A stretch of 64,000 nucleotides of DNA from Albugo candida (lineage: Eukaryota), in assembly GCA_040437565.1 (NCBI GenBank), contig JBDOQK010000003.1:558001-622000 (forward strand), in the 5' to 3' direction. Position 1 is the first letter of the stretch. Each line of letters starts with the position of its first letter. Both the position numbers and the translations under genes were made by a program. This document shows positions 11,155 to 23,600 of this stretch, piece after piece. Under the pieces are notes generated by a model, which was not told the origin of the DNA, searched no databases, and saw only the letters and a program-made list of their open reading frames with translations.

Positions 11155-13072
11155 AGTTTATACGAGCTGAACCAGACTACGAGAGTCTAAAAGTAGGCTG
11201 TCCGAGACATTACGTACAAATGTTGCGATATCAGGTAGGAGCACACGTAATCAAGTAATCAAGAAGAGTGGCAAAAAAGTTTGCGAGAAATTTTGTGCTT
11301 TAAGGCTTTGTGTGTATCTTTGGAAACATTCAGGATGGAGAATGATACTTCGTCTCATCTTGAGAATGCTTGCACTCAGTACCGAATGATGGTTAATCGG
11401 GTGAATGATTGGTTCATGCCTCAGCGTTCGATGAGAAGCATTTTCAAGGTTTTACCCTGTCTGAAGCGCATTCGTCTGTATCGTCTGGATAGATTCGATA
11501 ACCTCGGCTTGGTCCCATAGGTTTACGCACCCCGCCACGGACGGCCAGAAGGTACCTCGCATGCTCCTTGTGTGATCCCAGCACACAAGAAGCATGCGAA
11601 GTATAGCTCCGCATGAGGCGGTATCGAGGCAGCAGCTCTTGCTCCAAATGCTTGCTCAGTAACTTGAGGCGGCATAGGTGGGCCCCGCACACATATAGAT
11701 CGAGTGAGATCCAAGTAGTCAGGTATTTGGTTACATTGCAAAGTAAGCTATAATACTGAAAGCTGTATCATCAAACGATAGCCTGAGACGGTTTGCACAT
11801 TAGTGTGCTTTGATACATTCTGTATAGTTAGTTAGACCTTCAATGATAGGGCCAGTTGATTGTTGTATTATACATCAGCACTTATTGGCTATCACCAATT
11901 CTGTAATGACAACTTTGCGAAACAAGTTGGAATCGTGTGTTCGGCTGCCGACCGGATTTCAAAATGAGCGAATTCGGTGGCTTTACGATGGAATTTCGAA
12001 TGCCCCGATCATTGGGAAGTCCTCTTATCTTTTGTACTGGATGCAAACAAGCGTACGCACGAANNNNNNNNNNNNNNNNNNNNNNNNNNNNNNNNNNNNN
12101 NNNNNNNNNNNNNNNNNNNNNNNNNNNNNNNNNNNNNNNNNNNNNNNNNNNNNNNNNNNNNNNAGTTTATACGAGCTGAACCAGACTACGAGAGTCTAAA
12201 AGTAGGCTGTCCGAGACATTACGTACAAATGTTGCGATATCAGGTAGGAGCACACGTAATCAAGTAATCAAGAAGAGTGGCAAAAAAGTTTGCGAGAAAT
12301 TTTGTGCTTTAAGGCTTTGTGTGTATCTTTGGAAACATTCAGGATGGAGAATGATACTTCGTCTCATCTTGAGAATGCTTGCACTCAGTACCGAATGATG
12401 GTTAATCGGGTGAATGATTGGTTCATGCCTCAGCGTTCGATGAGAAGCATTTTCAAGGTTTTACCCTGTCTGAAGCGCATTCGTCTGTATCGTCTGGATA
12501 GATTCGATAACCTCGGCTTGGTCCCATAGGTTTACGCACCCCGCCACGGACGGCCAGAAGGTACCTCGCATGCTCCTTGTGTGATCCCAGCACACAAGAA
12601 GCATGCGAAGTATAGCTCCGCATGAGGCGGTATCGAGGCAGCAGCTCTTGCTCCAAATGCTTGCTCAGTAACTTGAGGCGGCATAGGTGGGCCCCGCACA
12701 CATATAGATCGAGTGAGATCCAAGTAGTCAGGTATTTGGTTACATTGCAAAGTAAGCTATAATACTGAAAGCTGTATCATCAAACGATAGCCTGAGACGG
12801 TTTGCACATTAGTGTGCTTTGATACATTCTGTATAGTTAGTTAGACCTTCAATGATAGGGCCAGTTGATTGTTGTATTATACATCAGCACTTATTGGCTA
12901 TCACCAATTCTGTAATGACAACTTTGCGAAACAAGTTGGAATCGTGTGTTCGGCTGCCGACCGGATTTCAAAATGAGCGAATTCGGTGGCTTTACGATGG
13001 AATTTCGAATGCCCCGATCATTGGGAAGTCCTCTTATCTTTTGTACTGGATGCAAACAAGCGTACGCACGAA
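11155..13072. repeat. Gap-flanking direct duplication 11155..12063 / 12164..13072
   Basis: 909-bp copies on either side of the N100 gap 12064..12163. Confidence 0.9.
11273..11726 (-). ncRNA. Putative structured non-coding RNA, family unassigned (second copy at +1009 because of the gap duplication)
   Basis: 22-bp stem 11553..11574/11582..11603 whose two mismatches are G-U pairs only on the minus strand. Further stems show the same bias. Upstream TATTATAG (11755..11748) and a downstream T6 run (11278..11273). No recognisable protein. Boundaries are approximate. Confidence 0.45.
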
Positions 13073-14630
13073 ATATAATTATAGTCTGGAATATGCGATC
13101 GCTGCCGCTACTGCCTTGCATGTGCCATTACAGGTTGTCTACTTTTTCAGTGATCAATCAGCTGTTCCTGAATCACAATTAATGAAAGATCCCAATGCTT
13201 TTGCATTTTCCACCGAGCGGCATGCAAAGTTTGCGTTGGAAGGCCTTGCATGCACAGAGAAGCGCTTGCGCGAGCGAGGGTTAGCATTCAAGGTATTGTA
13301 TCATAGTCGAGAAAAGGATATTCCATCGGTAGGCAGCGACACCTCCTTGTTTTGTCGCAAACGTCTACTGTCCAAGTGTGCAGAACATGCAGTACTCGTA
13401 GTGACAGATCGGCCATACTTGCGTCCTTCGGCACTTGATACCCTTACTTGCGCTACAAATGCATCTGAAAAGCAGCTTCCTTGGGGTATGGTACAAATTG
13501 AAGGGGATGTCGTGATTCCATGTGAAACCACCTCAAAGAAAGAAGAGTTTGCCGCCCGTACAATTCGTCCTAAAATCACGCGACTACTACCCAATTTCAT
13601 GAAAGAACTTGAGCACGTCTCAGTTCCCGACTTTGTACAATCTTACGATCGAGAACTTCTACAGTGTCCGACCAGCGACTTTATAGAAAAAAGCCTCAAG
13701 TGTGATACAAGCAAGGAGTTGCTAGTACTAAAGCTGTCCCAGATCAACGATGTTCTTTCACATTTACAGGTTGACAGGAACGTTCCTGGACTCAACAATT
13801 TTCGTGGAGGAGAAGATGAAGCTTCATTGCTCACCAAGGTTTTTCTGGAGAAAAAACTGAAGAATTATGCTCTAGGAAGGAATGAGCCCAGCAACGATGG
13901 AACGAGTAACATCAGCTTGTATCTTCATTTTGGTCATATTAGTCCTGTTCGTATCGCCCTTGCAACACACAAAATCAAAGACGCAAGCTCGAAAGCGAGT
14001 CGCGACGCCTTTTTAGAAGAAATGATTGTTCGGCGTGAACTGTCTGTGAACATGATCGTATTCAACCCACAGTCTTATGACTCGATGGAATGTCTTCCAA
14101 ATTTTGCGAAAAAGACTCTGCAAGATCATGCTGACGACAAAAGACCATTTTTATACACGTTGGAGGAATTGGAATCAGCTAAAACATATGATCAATTTTG
14201 GAATGCTGCCCAGATGGAGATGCTTTTCAGCGGTAAAATGCATGGCTACATGCGAATGTACTGGGCGAAAAAGATACTTGAATGGTCAGCATCGCCGGAA
14301 CAAGCGTATACGTATGCTCTCTATCTTAATAACAAGTACTGCCTGGATGCGCCTGATCCCAACTCGTATACTGGTATTGCTTGGTCCTTTGGAAAGCATG
14401 ACCAGGGTTGGAAGGAGCGTCCGATTTTTGGTAAAGTACGCTATATGAATGAGACTGGTCTCAAGCGAAAGCTACGGATGGACGCATATGTCCTCAAAGT
14501 TAGTCAGTTACGAAAACAAGCCTCACTGCACGAGACCAACAGTTTGATGAAGCTTTGCCTCACAGCGAAAAGCAAAATGCCTGCAACCAGAGCGATCGAT
14601 CTATGCGTAACGAAGAAACCAAAAATCTGA
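12915..14630 (+). CDS. phr: Class II CPD DNA photolyase
   Basis: LYWMQTSVR, N-terminal alpha/beta domain, KEEFAARTIRPKI, SLYLHFGHIS, FLEEMIVRREL, GKMHGYMRMYWAKKILEW, HDQGWKERPIFGKVRYMN. ATG 12915 chosen; the upstream in-frame ATG 12852 is also possible. Confidence 0.93.
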   Translation: MTTLRNKLESCVRLPTGFQNERIRWLYDGISNAPIIGKSSYLLYWMQTSVRTKYNYSLEYAIAAATALHVPLQVVYFFSDQSAVPESQLMKDPNAFAFSTERHAKFALEGLACTEKRLRERGLAFKVLYHSREKDIPSVGSDTSLFCRKRLLSKCAEHAVLVVTDRPYLRPSALDTLTCATNASEKQLPWGMVQIEGDVVIPCETTSKKEEFAARTIRPKITRLLPNFMKELEHVSVPDFVQSYDRELLQCPTSDFIEKSLKCDTSKELLVLKLSQINDVLSHLQVDRNVPGLNNFRGGEDEASLLTKVFLEKKLKNYALGRNEPSNDGTSNISLYLHFGHISPVRIALATHKIKDASSKASRDAFLEEMIVRRELSVNMIVFNPQSYDSMECLPNFAKKTLQDHADDKRPFLYTLEELESAKTYDQFWNAAQMEMLFSGKMHGYMRMYWAKKILEWSASPEQAYTYALYLNNKYCLDAPDPNSYTGIAWSFGKHDQGWKERPIFGKVRYMNETGLKRKLRMDAYVLKVSQLRKQASLHETNSLMKLCLTAKSKMPATRAIDLCVTKKPKI

Positions 14631-14661
14631 CAATGCAATGCGACAGAATTGAAACATGATA

Positions 14662-17600
14662 TTATTTCTTTAAACCTTTCAACATGCGCTGTCTTCGATT
14701 TGTGGAAAGTTTATTTTGCACAAGAAAAGGAGCGTGCATTGTNNNNNNNNNNNNNNNNNNNNNNNNNNNNNNNNNNNNNNNNNNNNNNNNNNNNNNNNNN
14801 NNNNNNNNNNNNNNNNNNNNNNNNNNNNNNNNNNNNNNNNNNCATGCGCTGTCTTCGATTTGTGGAAAGTTTATTTTGCACAAGAAAAGGAGCGTGCATT
14901 GTACTAAATTTCTCCTCTTCGACCACAAACCGATTTGAGTCCTGTTTAAGCAAACCGTTCGTTGTTGAGATGTGCGCCGCATCGCTATGAGAGTTCTCAT
15001 TAGAATCATCCCGACGCATATCCAGGGGTGAGATTCGACGGTTCACACTTTGCTCCGGCTGATGTGTGTCCGGAGATGCTGCTACCAGAGCTGGCTCTGC
15101 CGGTTCTCTATGTGGCAATATTCCACTTGTTGACTGGAACTTGAGGCTGATGGGCTTTGGCATTGTTTTGAGCATGTTCATCATCTCATCAAATGATCTA
15201 TCGCGGCAATGGACGCTGTAGCCGAGCACTGAAATTAGGCGATCACCAACAACAGATTTCGGAAGATGTGCTGCCGATCCTGACCCGGTAACGCGGGTGA
15301 TATAGGGAAATTCCGAGCATTCGTCAGCACTATGCAATGACAAGCCCAACGTGTGACCTTCGCGCCAAATCACTTCATATAGCGCCCCTGTCGTGCTCGA
15401 TGGAGGGACGTTACCAGAGTGATACCGGTGAGGAGACGGATGATTCGTGTAGGACGCTGATGAAGCAGTAGCGGTGTGAACACTATGATCTTTGCGAAAT
15501 CTGAGAGTGACGGGACGTGGAACAATTTTGAGCTGCTGGATGACTTGAGGGAAATCCAGATGCCGTATGTTGAGATCGTTGATATGCGTCAGCTCATCAC
15601 CAATACAATCCTGTGTTAAAATTGAAGCTGCTCCCTCGTTCCCAATCCGTTTGATGTAAGCAATCTTATGATTTGGGATTGTATCAATTGTCAAGCCCAA
15701 TGGGCCGGATCCCCATACTAGATTATATATATCGCGTTCCATAGAAGGAAGTGATTCAGCTCTCAAAGGTACTTTTTCTCTGGGCTCTCTGGTACTTGAA
15801 ATGACATCTGGGATGGAATGTTGCTTGATAAATTCCGCGGATGGGTTGACTGGACCTACCTTCCGATTTTGAGCCACAAATTGTTCACTCTGACGGACTC
15901 TATCTTCCTCTGTAGTGATCCGGAAACGGAGTTTTACTGGTTTGTGGGCAGTCTTCAGCAGCATCACTATTTTATTAAAAGGTATACCTTCAACACTTTG
16001 ACTGTTGATTGATACAAGATAATCTCCAATCTGCGCCGATTCGATCCCTGGAGATGTCCCTGTGCCAGTGACATTTTTGATTACAGGAGGATCATTTTCT
16101 GTCAATCCTGGAATGATCGTCAGCCCTAGAGGGCCATTTCCCCAGAATATTTCATAATCTGATGGTCGGAGAATACTTTCACGAACCTTGGACTTTACAG
16201 TCTTTTCATGGTGTTCATGCGTTCCTGATACGTTAAGTTCTGATTTCGAAATATGTTGGGCTGTTGTTGGTTCAGCTTCAGTTATCACGCCACCGACACC
16301 ACGAAATCGCAATGTTGCTGGTAGTTGGACCTTCTTCAGAATCGACATAGATAAAGAGCATCCCAGCTGAATAGTGTCAATGTTATTGATTGCCACAAGA
16401 ATGTCGCCGATGGCAATATTATGCTTCACGGCAACCGATCCTGCTTTTCTCGTCAGACGATTCACAATAGGAACTTTTTCAGCCGTACAGTCATCCTTCA
16501 AGGTTACTCCGAGAGGTCCATTCACCCATGTGATAGTGTAATCACGGACTTTACCATCATCACTATGTTGAGCTTGGAATTTCATCATTAGCGGTGGTTT
16601 ACTGGTAGCAATCATATTCTCCAAGTCCTGTTGTGACCGAACTTCCTGATCGATAGCTCTTCCGTTTAAAAAAATCAATTGATCACCACGCGCAATGTGA
16701 TCAAATGATTCGTCAGCATCCAGCTGGGTAATTCGATTCCAGATTCCTGTCTTCGAGTCAGCTCTGAACTCAATATGCGGCAAAAATGTGTGTTTCCAAA
16801 CCACAACACGTAGTGCTTTAAAGGCAGGACATGCATTATTCCATGGAGGTGGTGGGGGTGATTCCGCCTTGACGTCCATCTTATTGTCAGCTTTCTCATG
16901 CTTTATGGAGCTCTGCTCAGGTTTGCTGTGTCGCTTCGGCTCTGGGATAGCTGAATACTCGGTCTTACCGTTATTCGCTTCGATGGTGTTTCTGTCCCTC
17001 GTCGTTTTAACGGCAATCACTGGGTCCTGAACCCCCTCCCCTTCAAGACGTGTGCGCATATCGAGCATTATTCGATTCATCTCTTCATCTTGCCAATTAG
17101 CTTTAGCCTCCTTCATACGTTGCTCAATTGCCAATGCGATGCGGCTTTCTTCTTGCTTCTTTAGACGACGAATTATCTTTTCTTCAATCTGCTGCTCTGT
17201 ACCTCCATCCGTACAAGTGGTCTTGTGGGATGCCTACAAACATTTGTTGCTCAACATTACACACTGCAGTAAATAACGTGTTTTCAACGTACACGTTTTC
17301 CTTTAGAGCCTGAAAGCAACTTGTCACCACTTTTGGATCTACCTTTCGATTTCTTCTGACACGTCGAAATCCTTTTCTTCTCTTTCGATTTCTTTTTCGC
17401 TGTTGCTGGCGTTGGAGGTTCATTAAGCTCATTCTCTCTCTCGTTATAATCAGAATCTGATTCGAAATCCTCCTCTGATTCTGAGAATTCATTGACACCA
17501 GTACTTGAATTTTCCATTTCGGCTACAGTTTCATTGACATTATCACAACAGATGAGTTTCGATATAAAAGTTTATAAGATCATTTCTAGACCCACATTCC

Positions 17601-17879
17601 GAATCATTAAATTTCGAGCATCGTAAATTACGACAACGCAAACGATGAGCCGAAGCGTGATGCATCATACATTCCTATTTGTGTGCCACATTTTATTTGA
17701 GAAATCCAAATAAATGATTTAGCCACGTTTGACCTTACCTGTGAGCAGTAAAACACTTCTTTGCAGCCGCTCATACAAGGTACTTTGGCGCCATCGGCTC
17801 CACAATTTCCGCAAGGCTCCATATTCTGCAATGCAAGCAACAAGTCATCTTCGTCATCGTGATCTTGTTTTTTTGGCAT
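14662..17879 (-). CDS. MYND-type zinc finger + coiled coil + five PDZ-like domains; exons 17739..17879, 17596..17674, 17293..17522, then 17233 to the stop at 14662 after collapsing the gap overlap
   Basis: Spliced CGNC...CMSGC...FYCSQECMMHHASAHRLRC. Repeats such as W-x2-GPLG[LV]T...IGD-x-L-x2-IN...P-x2-LRF. Three in-frame GT-AG introns. Confidence 0.8.
14683..14902. repeat. Gap-flanking direct duplication 14683..14742 / 14843..14902
   Basis: 60-bp copies around an N100 gap. Confidence 0.9.
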
Positions 17880-18130
17880 TTTCTACCAGCATAGAGCAAA
17901 AAGTGGTAAATGTTGTTGCATTGCTAAAAATATAGCTGCCGCATACATAAGTGTGATGTTTTCAATCAGCCAGTACAAGTCAGTGACAGAAGTAGATTCG
18001 GTACAATCGTTATTTGTGAAGTCGACTTATAAAATACGAATGCAGCTCGACCCAACTTTGTCAAATCTCCGCTTCCGAGGAGGTAGAAAACAGCTGTGAG
18101 CTCCCATTCGGTCTATCGATTCAGAAGTAA

Positions 18131-18140
18131 GCCAATCAGA
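18131..18140 (+). promoter_or_regulatory. CCAAT box in the divergent promoter between the MYND-PDZ gene and the hypothetical gene
   Basis: GCCAATCAGA lies in the 354-bp head-to-head spacer. A second GACCAATCA starts at 18207. Confidence 0.45.
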
Positions 18141-18233
18141 TTTATCGATATGAAATTTTTAGCGTAAAAAATAACGTTATCAGGTTTGTGTGTAGCCTCG
18201 ACTAATGACCAATCAAGCATGCGAGGGCAAATC

Positions 18234-19113
18234 ATGTCCGACACACCAGTTCCTCGAATTATCGAAGCGGAAGAACTGATCGCTTTGATTCAAGCAATCA
18301 AATTTGCTCACCCGGAATACGGAGTGAAACGCATATATGATGAGATACGTAGTCATGGAAGCAAATATGAGTCGATATCGATGAAAAGGGTTAAGAAATA
18401 TATTAAAAAACTCGGAATGACAAACGTAGTTTGTCCCGAAGGAGACAAAAATGGAATTGTTCATCTTATGACTATTGGTGGAACATCAAAGTCGNNNNNN
18501 NNNNNNNNNNNNNNNNNNNNNNNNNNNNNNNNNNNNNNNNNNNNNNNNNNNNNNNNNNNNNNNNNNNNNNNNNNNNNNNNNNNNNNNNNNNNNNGTTTGT
18601 CCCGAAGGAGACAAAAATGGAATTGTTCATCTTATGACTATTGGTGGAACATCAAAGTCGGAACGAAACCAGGATCAGAAATCCAATTCTGGTCATTGCG
18701 GTGAAGTGAAGGGATTGGTGAAAGGAGTTTGGCTACCCGTAAAGCTAGACGAACCCGCATCCAAAATGACTCAGTTTCCCTACCAAGCGGTGATTCAAAT
18801 GACTTTTGGTGGAGACGGTGATGCGACAGGTTCAATGGGAGAGATTTATAAGATTCAGGTAGCTGCAGACCCAGGTAATGACAGTAATGTTGCTGCAAAG
18901 TACCCTATGATGGTATATAACAAAGCTAGAAATCGTAAAACTTTCATGCATCCAGAGTCCCCCGCGTATGCTCCCGTGCATAAGCATATTACTTCGTCAG
19001 GTGCAACTGGGGTTGCCGGAGGTACAAAGGCCTACTTCTGGGGTCAATATAAATCAGTCGATGATATGCTTTATATCAACACGGAAACCCTCGCACCGTT
19101 TCAAGATTGGTAA
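18234..19113 (+). CDS. Hypothetical protein (N-terminal helix-turn-helix-like segment; C-terminal domain ending KAYFW...LAPFQDW); 66-bp gap duplication 18429..18494 / 18595..18660
   Basis: Two ORF halves join in frame when the duplicated overlap is collapsed. Composition is protein-like. Confidence 0.7.
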
Positions 19114-19238
19114 GCGTTTGAATAAAGCCTCGTTCCATTATCACTCATGTTATTCACTCTAAAAAATTATCATCGGCTTCATATCGGTGTATTGCTCGAT
19201 GTTTGATTTTTACATTGCCGCTATTGGTGTTTGGTACT

Positions 19239-20481
19239 TTAGTACAGATAAGGACGGAGCCGCTGTAGTTTTTCGCATGCTGGCAGCTTCATGTTCATTG
19301 CCTCATTCATTTTCGTGGTGCGAAATTCACCAACTGGCATTCTTCGCGCATCATACAACATTCGTCTTTGTCGCATTCGAAGATTATCGCATGTCTCGGC
19401 TAAAGTGCTTGCATATGACTGTTGCACCATTCTTTCAATTCGACTTAGATCTCTCCAGTGATGTGTGTACTTTTGCTCAAAAGTAGGATCGACATAGTAC
19501 GAGATTCCGCTAGCAATATTCGACATGCTGGTGCTCCGCTCTATATTGTACTTTCCTGTTGGATACAAGCTACGAAATAGAATGTTGAGTGCATTAGAGC
19601 TGGCGATCATTATTCCGTCCCTTACCTGAATGGGGTCTCTGGAGTAGGCGGAACCATGAGAAGCGACACAAGAAAGATGAGAAGGAGCGGAAGAAATTGC
19701 ACTAATTGAGAATATCCGGGCCTTTGCTGGTTATCTGCGGAATTTGAATTTGCAGTGTGATGCGCATGCCTGGGTCGCACATGGGTTCTTCGTGGTGGAC
19801 GGAAGCCGCCACCGAAAAACATGTTGAAAATATCTTCCGGGCTTATATCATCTTCATAGTACGCTCGCCGTTGACTATTTTGAGATGCTTCAGAGCCCTG
19901 ACTACCATACTGATCATAGTGCGACTTTTTTTCTTGATCACTTAAAACAGCAAAAGCTTTTCCGACAGCCTTAAAAGCCTCCTCAGCGCCTGGAGCACTA
20001 TTCTTGTCTGGATGTAATTTCAAAGCAAGCTAGAAGCAAGAAATGAAACATCTCTGTAAGAGGAGAGGTTCGTAATGAAATTATTTCAATGTACCTTCCT
20101 ATATGCCTTCTTGACTTCCGCCTCGGAAGCCGTTTTCGACACTGACAAAACTTCGTAATGAGTTTTACACGCTCGGATTTTCTGCACGATACGCGTCTGA
20201 TCGGCTGTGTAAGGTTTCTCCTTGAAGTCTTCATTACTCCTCTTATGAGTGTGCCTGTTTCGAATGTCGTTGCCTGTACTGTTCCGACCAGGAGCAGAAT
20301 GTGCATGCTGAGCACGTTCTGTTTCTTGCTTGGCTCGATACCGCAAAGCTTCCACTCCTGGCAAGGGGTACAAACGGATAGATTTGTCAAAGAATTTTAC
20401 AGCTTTTTGATAGCTCGATTCTTGTAGATACTTTATGCCGAGATCACGACACTTTTCTGCCTCATCTTTGTTCATCTCCAT
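19239..20481 (-). CDS. DNAJB12: DnaJ subfamily B member 12/14-like ER co-chaperone; exons 20095..20481, 19626..20029, 19239..19569
   Basis: N-terminal [12 protein letters not shown] domain with [34 protein letters not shown], a TM helix and a DUF1977-like C-terminus. Two GT-AG introns in frame. Confidence 0.9.
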
Positions 20482-20694
20482 GATGCTACCGCGATCCGCT
20501 GGTGTACACGAGACACGTTAAACTAGTGTTTCGTCAAGTATGTGAGAATTCAACTGAAATCAGTTCTAAGATGCGTAAATTTAGTCTCATTGACTTGTCT
20601 AACATCGCGATCGTACAGTATTCAATGGAGTTGTAGTGATACAATTCAGGAAAGGATCCTGAGCTTGATCTAACGGTAATGGTGCCAATTGCTA

Positions 20695-23600
20695 TCAAAT
20701 TATATTCCATTGGAAACAAGAGCGATCATTACCACCTATCGATAAAATGTATTTGTCGTCCATGCTGAAACGAACGTTCGATATATGGGATGAATGTCCT
20801 GTCATTTCGATCGCTTTTGCCTATGGAACAAATGAAGAAAAGCGCTAATTAGATATACTTGAGACTCGACAAATGGTAGATACTCACCCCTTTGATCGTG
20901 CATGGGTACCGAAAAACTTTGAGCTTGCCAGAGTCTTCAGCGGTAGCCAGTAGCAATTTGGACGATGATACACAAACTGCATTAACGTCTGTTCCGTCTG
21001 CGAATTCGGGCCATATTCCTTGAACTGGCCAACCTAGAGTACAGGTCCATGTTGCCCAATTTGTATTCCGCAACTTGCTAGCAGATTTTACATGTTCTCC
21101 AGTAGCGACATCACAAAACAGGAGCTCATAAGCACCACAATTTGATTGTAAGTAAGTCGAATCTTTTGAGAAATCTAAATGTGTGATGTACGAATGATGT
21201 TTGCGAAATGTTTTATGTCGCTTTATACGAACAGAATTAGCCGAATATTGCAGATGATAAATGTAAATGTTATTGTCATGTGATCCGACAGCGAGGAAAT
21301 GACAACATGAAGAGAATTTTATATCACTGATCCATTCTCTGGCTGGTCGATCCAGCAAAAGGGGGTGGATCAAATCTAAAGTGGATTGAGTCGAAGCAGC
21401 GCCTTCGGTCACAGTAACTACCATAACGGAGCCTTCACCGACTGCTGCTGGCGCTTTTTGAGCTCCTGCTGATTTCGTAGTGGTTGGTTTACGCATTACG
21501 TTGCTATTATCGGATCCAAAACCAATTGCAAAGTATTTTCCGTCAGGTGAGTATGCACACGCTCTTGCTTGATACGGTAGCGAATAAAGCCGCGTGAGTC
21601 TTCGTGCATCCAAGTCCCAGACACGTAAGGTTTTATCATCACCAGCTGTTGTGCATATCTGAAGCCTGGGATGTACGGCAAGCCCCCACACTTCGTGTAG
21701 AAAATGCCCGGAAACAAGCAACTTGTGGCTGATAGCATTATTGTTTCCAAATGCATCCAAATCGAGTTCCAATATATCGCTTGAAGCAGTTCCCACAAGA
21801 ATTCGTTTGTTTGTCCGATGAAAGCATAAACTTCGTATCGATGCCCTCACAACACCCATATTGATCGTCGATATATCGCAACTTTTGATTCCTTGCATTT
21901 GTCGGTCCCACAAAATGATTTTGCCGTCTCTTCCACCGCTCGCTAGTACGATTTTGTTATCACTCGACGTATTCGTAGAAGCGCTCACTACATCCACCGA
22001 CCCGCTGTGCCCTCTAACGACCTTCTGTAGCTCCTCGCCAGCCCAGATATACAATTCTCCGGATCCAGTTCCCGTGACAAACATCCCTCTATCGCTTTGT
22101 GAAGATGACGTGTTTTCGGCTCGAAATGAGCACCCGCATGGAAAACTTTGCAGCGCTCCTCTCCTTCCAACTTTTCCTCGTTTGTAGACCAGAGTCTTGC
22201 CTTCCATATGCCACACCAAAACATGTTTCTCTCCCCCTGTCACGATTCGAATCTGATTCTCTTCTTTCATCTCGAGAAAGAATGCAAAATGATGTCGAGC
22301 TTTCTCTCCCTTACCACTCGCTATTGGTCGGACAATTTTCCACGGACCTTGACTTTGATCAGCCCATAAAACCAAAGAGTGATCATCTTCGTCGCCGACA
22401 CTCAATAGGAATGTCATTGCCAAATTGTAGGCTAACGACAAAATACCTCGAGAATGGATATTGCTGCAGAATTCTGACTGAAGTGTGGCAGTGTGTGCAT
22501 CCCAGATGCGTATTCGAGGACGTCTACCGCGTTCTCCAGTGGCCACAAGTCCATGGTGTAGTGCTCCCCCATGAGGACTTCCTACGAGACATAAGATATC
22601 ATCTTTGTGCCCAAGATGGTGCTTCTGACAATGCATTTTAGGGTCGTAAATAACTCCGACAGCCGCAGTGTGATACACTATTTCACTTCGAAAATCATCA
22701 TGAGAAAGTTTACCCGAGACTTCCTGGACATGATTGTAATACACGTTCTGCTTCGCAATCTCACACTGATAGCCGTACACCCAGTCAAGTTTGACGCGAA
22801 CGTTTGGTTCTTGGATATTTGCAACTGGAATATTGCTTGGTGGGACAATTGCACCCATCCATGGTTTCACGGCTAGAAATTCATCGCCTGCATTGTCTTC
22901 ACCAAAAAGATCTGAAGTAGAGCTCCGATTGAAATCAGGTCCCGGTATTGGAGCACTTGACGGTTCTTCAATTGGATCTTCGTTCCATGAATTCGAAAAG
23001 AATGGCTCCTGCCCGATTGTTTCCGGTTGTCGAAGTTTCTTATCCTCATCACTTTTCTTCATTACACGCCACTCCATAACTGTGCGATCAAGACCACCAA
23101 TGCTGATGACATAATCATCATTCACACTCCACCTCACATTNNNNNNNNNNNNNNNNNNNNNNNNNNNNNNNNNNNNNNNNNNNNNNNNNNNNNNNNNNNN
23201 NNNNNNNNNNNNNNNNNNNNNNNNNNNNNNNNNNNNNNNNATTCGAAAAGAATGGCTCCTGCCCGATTGTTTCCGGTTGTCGAAGTTTCTTATCCTCATC
23301 ACTTTTCTTCATTACACGCCACTCCATAACTGTGCGATCAAGACCACCAATGCTGATGACATAATCATCATTCACACTCCACCTCACATTCGTGACATGT
23401 GAGGAATGTCCTCTATTGACAGTCACACTAGATCCCTTGATAAGACATGGATATCGGTACATTTTGACAAGTCCAAAATCGTCTCCGGTCACAATCCAGG
23501 CACCTCCTTTTGTCTTATTGCTTCTAGAGACCGCATTGATATCTGTTCCGTCCGAGCATGGAGGCCAAATTCCTTGGACCGGCCAGCCTAAAGTACAAGT

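Noticed and set aside
11444-11741. Short minus-strand ORFs (82 and 72 aa)
   Set aside because: No recognisable domain and no supportable exon chain. The pairing pattern fits an RNA structure better, though coding is not excluded.
11843-12199. Second photolyase 5' end
   Set aside because: Gap-flanking duplicate of the real gene start.
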